Below are positions 28,461 to 36,325 of a stretch of DNA of 61,508 nucleotides, piece after piece. The notes below the pieces were generated by a model, which saw only the letters and a program-made list of their open reading frames with translations, was not told the DNA's origin and searched no databases. The stretch covers positions 1 through 61,508 of the forward strand of contig JANNKX010000108.1 of assembly GCA_031396505.1 (NCBI GenBank), in the 5' to 3' direction. Positions within the stretch are counted from its first letter, which is position 1, and every line of letters starts with the position of its first letter. The DNA is from Rhodobacterales bacterium (GTDB lineage: Bacteria; Pseudomonadota; Alphaproteobacteria; Rhodobacterales; Rhodobacteraceae). Position numbers and translations under genes: made by a program.

Positions 28461-28521
28461 CTTTTGCTTGCTTTGTATAAAGATGTATTTTTTAAATATA
28501 CACATAACACAGAGGACGGCA
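28461..28521. promoter_or_regulatory. AT-rich divergent promoter/operator region between the GATase-like gene and the P450 gene
   Basis: 61-bp spacer that is strikingly AT-rich for this window. Contains TGTATA (28474), TGTAT (28484) and the inverted TATACA (28497). AGAGGA Shine-Dalgarno lies before ATG 28522. Confidence 0.5.
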
Positions 28522-29778
28522 ATGACAGTCTGGCACCCCACTGATGACGGCCATGCGGACCTGACCAGCCATGACTCGTTTGCGAAAGGCGCACCACATA
28601 ACACCTTTGCCCGCCTGCGCCGCGATGATCCGCTGCATTGGACGGAATGGAACGCGGGCCTGCCCTTCTGGTCTGTGACCCGCCACGCCGACATTCTTAC
28701 ATTGAATGGCCAGCCTGATCTTTTGTCCTCAGCGCGCGGAATTCGGATGGAAGACCAGAGTCATGAGGAATACCTCGCCCGGCGCACGTTTCAGGAAACC
28801 GATGCGCCCGACCATATGATGACCCGCATCAAGGTGGCAAAGGCGTTTTCAAAACCGGTTGTTGCGGCGTTTGAAGATCAGATTCGCCGCATTTGTGTCG
28901 ATATTCTAGATGCGGTGCTCCCCCGCGGCACCTTTGATGCGACCAAGGATATCGCGCGGCAACTGCCGATGCGGATGTTGGGGCAGATCATCGGCACGCC
29001 AGACGAAGACCTGCCTTGGCTGGTGGAAAAGGGCGATGCACTGATCGCCAATACCGACCCTGATTTCACCACCCACGTGCTCGACCGGATGACCACGGAT
29101 GAATTCCGCATGATGCCGTTCAATTCGCCCGCAGGTGCCGATCTGTATGTCTATGCTCGCGATCTGATGGCGCGAAAGGCGGCGAGTGGCGATACATCGA
29201 GCGTTTTGCACATGATCCTGCAACCGGGGCCGGATGGATCGGTGATTTCAGACACGGAATTCCGGAATTTCTTTTGCCTTGTGGTGGCGGCTGGAAATGA
29301 CACCACGCGCTATTCCATCGCGGCGGGCATTCAGGCGCTCGCGCATCAACCCGAGCTGCTGGCGCAACTGCAATCGGGTGCTGTTTGGGAAACGATGGCG
29401 GATGAGGTGATCCGCTGGGCCACGCCCGCCCTTTATTTCCGCCGCACCGCGACCCGCGATTTCGACTTGCACGGCAAAACGGTGCGCGCGGGTGACAAGG
29501 TGTTGTACTGGTTCGTTAGCGGGAATCGTGACAATTTCGCCTTTTCAGAGCCTTTTTCGGTGGATTTCGCCCGCATCCCGAACCGACATCTTTCGTTCGG
29601 TCAGGGCGGCCCGCATGTCTGCCTTGGCATGTGGCTCGCGCGGCTGGAGGTGCGGGTGTTGTTCGAAGAGCTTGCCAAACGCATCACGGCGATTGAACCT
29701 GCGGGGGAACAGAAATTCCTGCGTTCGAATTTCGTGGGCGGGATCAAGGAACTGCCTGTGACCGTGACCATGGCCTGA
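28522..29778 (+). CDS. Cytochrome P450 monooxygenase
   Basis: Start ATG 28522 is preceded by AGAGGA. I-helix-like AAGNDTT, ExxR region, and heme-thiolate loop FGQGGPHVCLGMWLA. Confidence 0.92.
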   Translation: MTVWHPTDDGHADLTSHDSFAKGAPHNTFARLRRDDPLHWTEWNAGLPFWSVTRHADILTLNGQPDLLSSARGIRMEDQSHEEYLARRTFQETDAPDHMMTRIKVAKAFSKPVVAAFEDQIRRICVDILDAVLPRGTFDATKDIARQLPMRMLGQIIGTPDEDLPWLVEKGDALIANTDPDFTTHVLDRMTTDEFRMMPFNSPAGADLYVYARDLMARKAASGDTSSVLHMILQPGPDGSVISDTEFRNFFCLVVAAGNDTTRYSIAAGIQALAHQPELLAQLQSGAVWETMADEVIRWATPALYFRRTATRDFDLHGKTVRAGDKVLYWFVSGNRDNFAFSEPFSVDFARIPNRHLSFGQGGPHVCLGMWLARLEVRVLFEELAKRITAIEPAGEQKFLRSNFVGGIKELPVTVTMA

Positions 29779-29781
29779 AGC

Positions 29782-29818
29782 GGTTTGCAGCCGATCTTCT
29801 TCAGATTGGCTGCAAACC
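29782..29818 (+). other. Intercistronic stem-loop (11-bp perfect stem)
   Basis: GGTTTGCAGCC - 15-nt loop - GGCTGCAAACC, starting 4 nt after the P450 stop and ending 44 nt before the next start. No downstream T-run. Confidence 0.6.
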
Positions 29819-29861
29819 AAGACAAGAGACCGCCTCGATCTGCGGAAATAGGGGGGCAACC

Positions 29862-31154
29862 ATGCCAGACCGCCTGCGCGCGATGTTTTGTGACCACCTG
29901 TCGATCATGCGGGGCAAATACCTGCCCGCCGCCAAGATGCGCGACGATGAAAGCCGTTTTGCCCAACCCACCTTTAGCGTGCATTACGACAAGGATTTGC
30001 TGCTGGAGGCACCGGGCACGAAATGCCTGGACGGCATTCCCGATATGGCACTGCGCTGGAAGGGTGACGAAATCCGGCAAGGGTGGGAATCTGACACGCG
30101 TGTCGTGCTGGGCGATCTCTATCAGGCTGACGGCACCCCTCTTCCGATGTGCCCGCGCGGCGCGCTGAAACGGGCGGTGGCGGCTTGGGAAAAGCACGGC
30201 CTTTCGCCGAAAGTCGGGATCGAGCTGGAGGCATTTGCTTTCGTGCGGAATCCGGATGGGGCGATCATGCCCTATGACAATGCGGGCGGGGTGGTTTACG
30301 GCACGGGTAATTTTACCGATCCCAAGCGCTTTACCGATGCGATCTGGAACAAAGCGCATAAGATCGGGCTGCCGCTTGACCTGATTACCGCCGAGTATGA
30401 CACGCCGCAGTTTGAATTCACGCTGACGTTCGACCGCGCGGTGGAGCATGTGGATACGGTGGTCCTGTTCCGGCAGATGGCGCGCGAGGTGGCGTGGGAT
30501 CATGGCATTTTGCTGTCGTTCCTGCCGAAACCGATTGCGGGCAAGGGCGGTTCGGGGCTGCACGTGAACCTGTCTTTTGCCGACAAACGTGACCATAACG
30601 CGCTCGCCAGTGGCGACCGGGGCGATCCGGTGACGATGAACGATCTGGTACGCGGCTGCATCGCGGGGTGGATGCGGCATCACAAGGCGATTGCGGGGTT
30701 GGTGGCACCGAACGCGCTGTCTTACGCGCGGCTGCAACCGGCGTCCTTGTCGGGGTACTGGTGCAACTGGGGCGGGGACAATCGCAATGTGACGGTGCGC
30801 CTGTCGGCTGAGGGCGGCAAGAAGGCGCGATTGGAACACCGGATGCCGGATGCGGCGGCCAATCCCTATACGACCGTGGCCACGATTTTGCAGGCGGCAT
30901 TGCTGGGGTTTGCGGGGAAGTATCCGTTGCAGGCGATGGAAACCGGGGATGGGTTCACCAGCAACGATGCACCGCATGGCGTGGCCGCCAGCCTGACGGA
31001 AGCGCTGGACGATCTGGCGGCGGATACGGTGTTGAGTGCGGCGGTGGGGCAGGGGTTGGTGGATAACCACATCTTCATGAAACGGGCCGAGGTGGAGAAG
31101 ACTGCAGGTCTTGAAGGCGACGCGTTGCGTGATTTCTACATCTGGTACATCTGA
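29862..31154 (+). CDS. Glutamine-synthetase-family ligase (PuuA/IpuC-like gamma-glutamyl-amine synthetase candidate)
   Basis: 430 aa. GS catalytic-domain blocks including the ATP-site motif KPIAGKGGSGLHVNLSF and NPY near the C-terminus. Confidence 0.85.
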   Translation: MPDRLRAMFCDHLSIMRGKYLPAAKMRDDESRFAQPTFSVHYDKDLLLEAPGTKCLDGIPDMALRWKGDEIRQGWESDTRVVLGDLYQADGTPLPMCPRGALKRAVAAWEKHGLSPKVGIELEAFAFVRNPDGAIMPYDNAGGVVYGTGNFTDPKRFTDAIWNKAHKIGLPLDLITAEYDTPQFEFTLTFDRAVEHVDTVVLFRQMAREVAWDHGILLSFLPKPIAGKGGSGLHVNLSFADKRDHNALASGDRGDPVTMNDLVRGCIAGWMRHHKAIAGLVAPNALSYARLQPASLSGYWCNWGGDNRNVTVRLSAEGGKKARLEHRMPDAAANPYTTVATILQAALLGFAGKYPLQAMETGDGFTSNDAPHGVAASLTEALDDLAADTVLSAAVGQGLVDNHIFMKRAEVEKTAGLEGDALRDFYIWYI

Positions 31155-31468
31155 TGAAAGCCACATGGAACCTGCCTGACGGGCGTGCGGTGACCGCTGA
31201 TGTGACGGAGGGCCAGTCGCTGATGGAGGCGGCGGTTACGCTTGGCATTCCGCATGTCACTGGCGATTGCGGAGGCAACCTCGCTTGTGCCACCTGCCAT
31301 GTCTGCGTCGATGCGGCCTGGCTGACGCAGACGGGCACCGCGTGTGATTTTGAAGATGCGATGCTCGATGCCACGGAAGCCGAACGCAGGCCGACATCGC
31401 GCCTATCATGTCAAATCAGGATGGCGCCCGATCTTGACGGCATCGTTGTGCAGGTTCCTGCACCATAA
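31154..31468 (+). CDS. 2Fe-2S ferredoxin, adrenodoxin/putidaredoxin type
   Basis: 104 aa. Cluster ligands in GDCGGNLACATCHV (C-x5-C-x2-C) plus SRLSCQI. Start overlaps the preceding stop by 1 nt. Confidence 0.9.
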   Translation: MKATWNLPDGRAVTADVTEGQSLMEAAVTLGIPHVTGDCGGNLACATCHVCVDAAWLTQTGTACDFEDAMLDATEAERRPTSRLSCQIRMAPDLDGIVVQVPAP

Positions 31469-31519
31469 ACTTGGCATTTCATGTGTTTCGATCAGGCAAA
31501 TGAACGCGTATCGAGCGGC

Positions 31520-32236
31520 CTAAAAATAGCTTCGGACCAAAGCGCCTGAAATCAACGCCCAACCATCCGCCACGACGAAGAATGCAAGCTTGAATGGCAG
31601 TGACACAATCGCCGGCGGCACCATCATCATCCCCATCGACATCAGCACGGCTGCAACCACCAGATCAATGATCAGGAACGGCAGAAAGATCAGAAACCCA
31701 ATCTCGAACGCCCGTTGAATTTCGCTCAGCAGAAAAGACGGCACCAGCAGCGACAGCCCTGCCTGGCCCGGTGGCAGCACCTCGCCGGGCCGCAGGGCCT
31801 GCATCGCGGCGAAGGTATCGGGGTCAACGCGTGCCGCCATGAACACGCGAAAAGGCGCCATCGTGGCCTGAAACGCCGTGGGCAGATCGACCGTCCCCTG
31901 CGAAAGCGGCTCCAGCCCCTTGATCCAGGCCTCGGTCAGAACCGGGTCCATCACAAACCATGTCAGAAACAACGCAAGGCTGACGATGAGCATGTTCGGC
32001 GGAGCCTGCTGCAGTCCAATCGCCTGCCGCAAGATCGACAGCACCGTCACGATAAACGGAAAGCACGTGACCATGACGGCAAGTCCCGGCACGATGCTGA
32101 GCACGGTTATCAGCAACAGCAACTGTACCGACCGCCCCGCCAGTTCGCCATTCGGCCCAAGGTCGATCGGTAAATCCTGTGCCCCGGCGGGTCCGGCCAT
32201 CAACAACAGCATACCGATCAGCAGCCGCAATGTCAC
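31520..32236 (-). CDS. fliP: Flagellar export apparatus protein FliP
   Basis: 238 aa. Signal-like N-terminus and conserved FliP blocks (TSFxRIxIVLSxLRxAxG-like: FIVTVLSILRQAIGLQQAPPN). Confidence 0.93.
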   Translation of the reverse strand: MTLRLLIGMLLLMAGPAGAQDLPIDLGPNGELAGRSVQLLLLITVLSIVPGLAVMVTCFPFIVTVLSILRQAIGLQQAPPNMLIVSLALFLTWFVMDPVLTEAWIKGLEPLSQGTVDLPTAFQATMAPFRVFMAARVDPDTFAAMQALRPGEVLPPGQAGLSLLVPSFLLSEIQRAFEIGFLIFLPFLIIDLVVAAVLMSMGMMMVPPAIVSLPFKLAFFVVADGWALISGALVRSYF

Positions 32237-32523
32237 AACCCGCCCCGCAGGTTTGCCACCTCGGTCAGGCGCACGGCAAGCTGGCCCTCCTGGTCACCCG
32301 AAAGCTCCTGCAACTCACCCCGCGCAATCAGACGGTCACCGACATACAGTTCCACCGGATCATCCACGCGCCGATCCAGTGGCAAGATCGCATCGCGGCC
32401 AAGTTTCATCAGATCCGCGATCAACGGTCGCGCCTTTCCAACGGAAATCGTAATCTCGATCGGTACCAGCGCAAAAGGGTTCTGCGGGTCATCCATAAGC
32501 GCGCTCCTCATCTGTTTGGGCAA
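32233..32523 (-). CDS. fliN: Flagellar motor switch protein FliN (SpoA domain)
   Basis: 96 aa. SpoA-type C-terminal block VELYVGDRLIARGELQEL...LAVRLTEV. Start uncertain; in-frame Met codons lie at 32511 and 32496. Confidence 0.85.
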   Translation of the reverse strand: MPKQMRSALMDDPQNPFALVPIEITISVGKARPLIADLMKLGRDAILPLDRRVDDPVELYVGDRLIARGELQELSGDQEGQLAVRLTEVANLRGGL

Positions 32524-33094
32524 AGAAATCGCGGACAGCGGTCATGATTTGGGCGATTGCGCGATCAAGGTCGATGAGGGTTTCTTCCCCTGACTGAAAG
32601 CGCAGAAACACCTGCCCCTGCCCGATGCCGACGTCATCCACCAACGTCAGCGGCAGGCCCCTTGCCTGTTCAAGCAACCCTGTCAGGAACGGGCGCGCGC
32701 GCGGATGGATGACAATTGTGACAGGTGCGTCCAGCGTCACTTCGGCGCGTGGCATCAGAACATCAAGGATCAGTTCGCCAAGCGTTTCGCGTGCCAGTTC
32801 AGGCAGCAAGCGCCCCATCATCGCCGACAGCAACGGGCGCAACCCCCGTAAAAGATGCATCCGCGCCTCTTGAAAGGTAAAACCAAGCGCCTGCAGATTT
32901 CGGCCGATGTCGGCCTCCATGCGCGATCGATCGCTGGTCAGCGCCGTTTGCGCATCCTCCCAGCCCGCAGCATAGCCCTTGTCAAAAGCTGACAGGCGGG
33001 TTTCTTCCAGCTCCATCTTGCCAAGCACCACGATGTCCGAAGCAGGCAGCGCCGATGCGAGGTGAAAAACCTCAAGTTGCACACGTGACATCAT
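32489..33094 (-). CDS. FliH-like flagellar export/assembly protein (putative)
   Basis: 201 aa. GYAAGWEDA block after an N-terminal helix and a C-terminal FliH/YscL-like region. ATGA overlap with the fliF stop. Position is between fliF and fliN. Confidence 0.55.
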   Translation of the reverse strand: MMSRVQLEVFHLASALPASDIVVLGKMELEETRLSAFDKGYAAGWEDAQTALTSDRSRMEADIGRNLQALGFTFQEARMHLLRGLRPLLSAMMGRLLPELARETLGELILDVLMPRAEVTLDAPVTIVIHPRARPFLTGLLEQARGLPLTLVDDVGIGQGQVFLRFQSGEETLIDLDRAIAQIMTAVRDFFAQTDEERAYG

Positions 33095-34707
33095 GTCTTT
33101 TCCTCTTCCTTCTCCATCCAGCCGCGCAGGATCTCGATTGACTCCGTTTGCCGTTCCTCGATCAGGCGGCGCAGGCGGCTGACCGGGTCAAGCGGAAGTT
33201 CATCTTCCTCCGCAAGGCTGGTCAGGCCTCCGGCTCTGAAAGGTATCGCACCGAAGTCGTCCTGAATTTCGCCAGTCAGTGCGCCATTGCCGCCATAGCC
33301 CGCGCCTTGCGCTGGCGGCAGCGCCAAGGGCTGTGCGTCTGCCTGCAGCTGCGCGCGGCGCGCGGCGGTCGGTGCAAGGATCGGACGGACGACAAACAGT
33401 CCAAGGATCAATGCAACCACTGCCAGAACGGCAACCTGGGTCATCTTCATGATATCCATCGGCGTCATCCATGCGACAGGTGCCGCCTCCAGCAGCGCGG
33501 CGTCAGGCACAACCGGTTGAAACGCCAGCGACCGCAACGTCAGCACATCGCCGCGCGCCTCATCCAGACCCATAGCAGATGCCACCAGTTCGCGCAGGAT
33601 CGCGAGCTCCTCTTCACTGCGGGGTTCAGTCGTTTGCGTGCCGTCGGCCGCCGTCACCGTTGCCATATCCACCAGCACCGCCACGCTCAGTTTGCGGGTT
33701 GCTCCGGGGCTGCGCAGAATCTCTCTCTGGGTTTCGGATATCTCATAGTTGACGCGTTCACGCGTTTCGGCGGACTGGCTTTGCTCTGCAGGGCCGCCAC
33801 CCGCATCCCCGTCGGGCAAATTTGATGCCACCGTCACCTGCCCCGCGGATTGGCCGGATGATCCCGTGATTTCCGTGGTTTCCGACGAAATTGCCACCCG
33901 TCCCTGCGGATCGAACACACGTTCGGTAATCGCCTCGCTTTCCGTCACAACATCCACCGAAACCTCAACAATCGCGCGTCCGGGTCCCACCCGCGCTTCC
34001 AGCAGCCGTTGCAGATTGTTGCGCAACACTGCCGCCCGGTCATTCGGGTCTTGCCCCATCAGGGGATCGTCCTCATCAAATGCGATCAGGCCCGACATTG
34101 AATCGATCAAGGCCACGTCTTTGGGCAATAATCCTGGCACTGCGGCGGCCACCAGATGCCGCAAGGCACGGCCCTGATCAGGGCCAAGCGATCCACCAGC
34201 GCTTGTGACGGTAACACTGGCAGTCGGATGCTGATCTGGTTGAAACGGGGCATCGGGCGCTGCTGCGATATGCACCCGCGCCGCCCGGATCTGGGGGTTT
34301 GACAGGATCGTGCGGGCAAGCTCGCCCTCTCTCGCCCGCCAGTAAGCGGCATCAAACATCTGCGACGTGGTCCCGAAACCGGACATACCATCCAGAAGTT
34401 CATAGCCGACACTGCCCGCCGCCGGTAAACCCTGGCCTGCCAGCGTCATGCGCAGACCGTCACGTTGTTGTTCGTTCACATAGATTGCGGTTCCGCGCAC
34501 CTCATACATCGTGCCTTGTTGATCAAGTGCGGTGATAACATCACCGGCGGTCCGCCCGTCCAATCCGGCATACAGCAGTGTCATGTTGGGCTGCGACCCC
34601 ATGCGTCCAAGGGCAAGCACGGCCATGAACATGGCAACCGTCGCGCCGATCACGATGATTCGTCTTTGCATTGACAGGGCTGACCATAGTGAAAGCAGGT
34701 TCTGCAC
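33091..34707 (-). CDS. fliF: Flagellar MS-ring protein FliF
   Basis: GTG 34707 preceded by AAGGGA gives N-terminus VQNLLSLWSALSMQRRIIVIGATVAMF, typical of FliF. Two TM segments and a large periplasmic domain. The listed 34836 start adds 43 non-conserved residues. Confidence 0.92.
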   Translation of the reverse strand: MQNLLSLWSALSMQRRIIVIGATVAMFMAVLALGRMGSQPNMTLLYAGLDGRTAGDVITALDQQGTMYEVRGTAIYVNEQQRDGLRMTLAGQGLPAAGSVGYELLDGMSGFGTTSQMFDAAYWRAREGELARTILSNPQIRAARVHIAAAPDAPFQPDQHPTASVTVTSAGGSLGPDQGRALRHLVAAAVPGLLPKDVALIDSMSGLIAFDEDDPLMGQDPNDRAAVLRNNLQRLLEARVGPGRAIVEVSVDVVTESEAITERVFDPQGRVAISSETTEITGSSGQSAGQVTVASNLPDGDAGGGPAEQSQSAETRERVNYEISETQREILRSPGATRKLSVAVLVDMATVTAADGTQTTEPRSEEELAILRELVASAMGLDEARGDVLTLRSLAFQPVVPDAALLEAAPVAWMTPMDIMKMTQVAVLAVVALILGLFVVRPILAPTAARRAQLQADAQPLALPPAQGAGYGGNGALTGEIQDDFGAIPFRAGGLTSLAEEDELPLDPVSRLRRLIEERQTESIEILRGWMEKEEEKT

Positions 34708-34763
34708 GACAATTTCCCTTCCAAGGCGTTCTGCCCTGATGTCGCAGCTTTGAATGAACCGCC

Positions 34764-34778
34764 TTAACAATCGGTTAG
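34764..34778. promoter_or_regulatory. CtrA-type box candidate (TTAA-N7-TTAG) in the fliF/fliL divergent spacer
   Basis: Sequence TTAACAATCGGTTAG, 57-71 nt upstream of fliF GTG 34707 and 45-59 nt upstream of fliL GTG 34823. Confidence 0.4.
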
Positions 34779-34822
34779 TGACAATGCGTCTAAATGCAGA
34801 GGCCAAGGGACAGGAGTCGAAG

Positions 34823-35302
34823 GTGTCAGATGTCATTGCAGGCGAAGATGCGCCGCCAAAGAAAAAGTCAAAACTGCCGGTTCTGATCGGTCTTGTTCTG
34901 GCCGTGATTCTGGGTGGCGGCAGCTTTTATGCGACGTATTCAGGGATGATCCTTGGAGCGCAAGCCGCACCCGCGCATGCCGAAGATATGGCGGCAATGC
35001 CCGACATTGCCTTCGTGCCGATTGATCCGATTGTCGTGTCGCTCGGGAACGCGGCCGATAATCGTCACCTGAAATTCACATCGCAGCTTGAGGTCGAAAC
35101 CAGCCACTCTGCCGAGGTAACGCTGTTGCTGCCACGCATTCTTGATGTCCTGAACAGCTATCTGAGCGCGGTTGACCCGGCGGCGCTGGAAGGCAATGCG
35201 GCCATGGTGCGCGTCCGCGCGCAACTGCTGCGCCGCATTCAGATTGTCACCGGCGAAGGCCGCGTGCGCGATCTTCTCATCACCGAATTTGTACTGAATT
35301 AG
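34823..35302 (+). CDS. fliL: Flagellar basal-body-associated protein FliL
   Basis: GTG 34823 preceded by AGGAG. Lys-rich N-terminus, one TM helix (LPVLIGLVLAVILGGG), then a FliL-type domain (FVPIDPIVVSL...HLKFTSQLEV...LITEFVLN). Starts at 34754 or 34784 are possible but would cover the candidate CtrA box. Confidence 0.8.
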   Translation: MSDVIAGEDAPPKKKSKLPVLIGLVLAVILGGGSFYATYSGMILGAQAAPAHAEDMAAMPDIAFVPIDPIVVSLGNAADNRHLKFTSQLEVETSHSAEVTLLLPRILDVLNSYLSAVDPAALEGNAAMVRVRAQLLRRIQIVTGEGRVRDLLITEFVLN

Positions 35303-35314
35303 ACGAGGGCCAAG

Positions 35315-35707
35315 ATGGAACTGATTGCGGATGTCCTTTTGACGGCTGGTGCGTTTGGGGCCGGGTTGTATTGCTATATTCTGGGTCTGCGTTTGAAAAA
35401 ATTCACCACGCTGGAAACCGGAATGGGCGGTGCAATCGCAGTGCTGTCCGCGCAGGTGGACGACATGACCCGCGCGCTTGAGGCGGCAAGATCATCGGCG
35501 ACGGGATCGGTATCCAGCTTGGATGAACTGGCGATGCGGGCCGAATCTGCCGCGCGTCGGTTGGAACTTTTGATGGCATCCTTGCATGATCTGCCGGAAC
35601 CGTCGCGCGCCCCTGATGCACAAGCCGACGCAGAAAGTGAGGCGGAAAAGAAGCTAAGATTTGTTCGTCGCAGGCCTGCGCGCGACTATGCCGAGGCCGC
35701 AGAATGA
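35315..35707 (+). CDS. Hypothetical single-pass membrane/coiled-coil protein of the flagellar cluster
   Basis: 130 aa. One N-terminal TM helix (LLTAGAFGAGLYCYILGL), a helical Ala/Glu/Arg-rich remainder. Tight spacing to fliL and ATGA overlap with the next gene. Confidence 0.5.
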   Translation: MELIADVLLTAGAFGAGLYCYILGLRLKKFTTLETGMGGAIAVLSAQVDDMTRALEAARSSATGSVSSLDELAMRAESAARRLELLMASLHDLPEPSRAPDAQADAESEAEKKLRFVRRRPARDYAEAAE

Positions 35708-36267
35708 ACGCGCGGTCAAAAAGCGGACGCAGCACGCTGGTGATTCTGGCCCTGCTGTTTGCGTCATCCGGCGCGCTACGGCTGGGGTCGGGCGTAGGCA
35801 CCGCTTTGGCAAATGAGGTGGCAGAACCCGAACTCTCCGCCGAATCCGCCCTCTGCACCGAAATGCCCGCAGCCCTGGCCGAGGCGTTGACGGCGCGCGA
35901 GGCGGAAATGACCCTGCGCGAGGCGGCCCTGAAAGACCGTGTCGCGGCGCTTGCACTGGCCGAGGCTGCGATTGAGGCGCAGCTTGGCGATCTGCAGGCC
36001 GCCGAAGTGGCCCTTGCTGCCACAGTGGCCATCGCGGACCAGGCCGCCGAACAGGACCTTGCCCGCCTGACGACCGTATACGAGACGATGAAACCCAAGG
36101 ATGCCGCTGCCCTGTTCGAGGCAATGGCCCCCGAATTTGCGGCAGGCTTCCTTGGCCGCATGCAACCACAGGCCGCCGCCGCCGTGATGTCGGGTCTGAC
36201 GCCCGACATGGCATACCAAATCAGTCTGCAACTTGCAGGTCGCAACAGTGAGGCCCCCACCGAGTGA
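35704..36267 (+). CDS. MotE/FlbB-family protein (MgtE-N-like domain)
   Basis: 187 aa. Signal/anchor-like N-terminus, coiled coil, C-terminal block YETMKPKDAAALFEAMAPEFAAGFLGRMQPQAAAAVMSGL typical of MotE/FlbB. Confidence 0.65.
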   Translation: MNARSKSGRSTLVILALLFASSGALRLGSGVGTALANEVAEPELSAESALCTEMPAALAEALTAREAEMTLREAALKDRVAALALAEAAIEAQLGDLQAAEVALAATVAIADQAAEQDLARLTTVYETMKPKDAAALFEAMAPEFAAGFLGRMQPQAAAAVMSGLTPDMAYQISLQLAGRNSEAPTE

Positions 36268-36325
36268 GGGTTTCTTAACGCGCGCCTGCGACAACGGACA
36301 GGCACAGACCAAGCAAGGAAAAAAG

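Noticed and set aside
29601-31166. 521-aa ORF antisense to the GS-like gene. Similar long antisense ORFs lie at 9351-10634, 35403-36305, 36275-37234, 37714-38691, 40671-41825, 50730-51995 and 56137-56952.
   Set aside because: Each is fully embedded opposite a gene with strong family motifs. Their products are Arg/Pro/Gly/His-rich low-complexity strings typical of stop-free antisense frames in GC-rich DNA. None has a plausible SD or recognisable domain.
18893-31468. Interpreting the inserted block as a mobile genomic island
   Set aside because: I could see no integrase, transposase, tRNA/tmRNA target, flanking direct repeats or obvious compositional shift. Only comparative genomics can decide, so I report it as an insertion in gene order, not as a mobile element.
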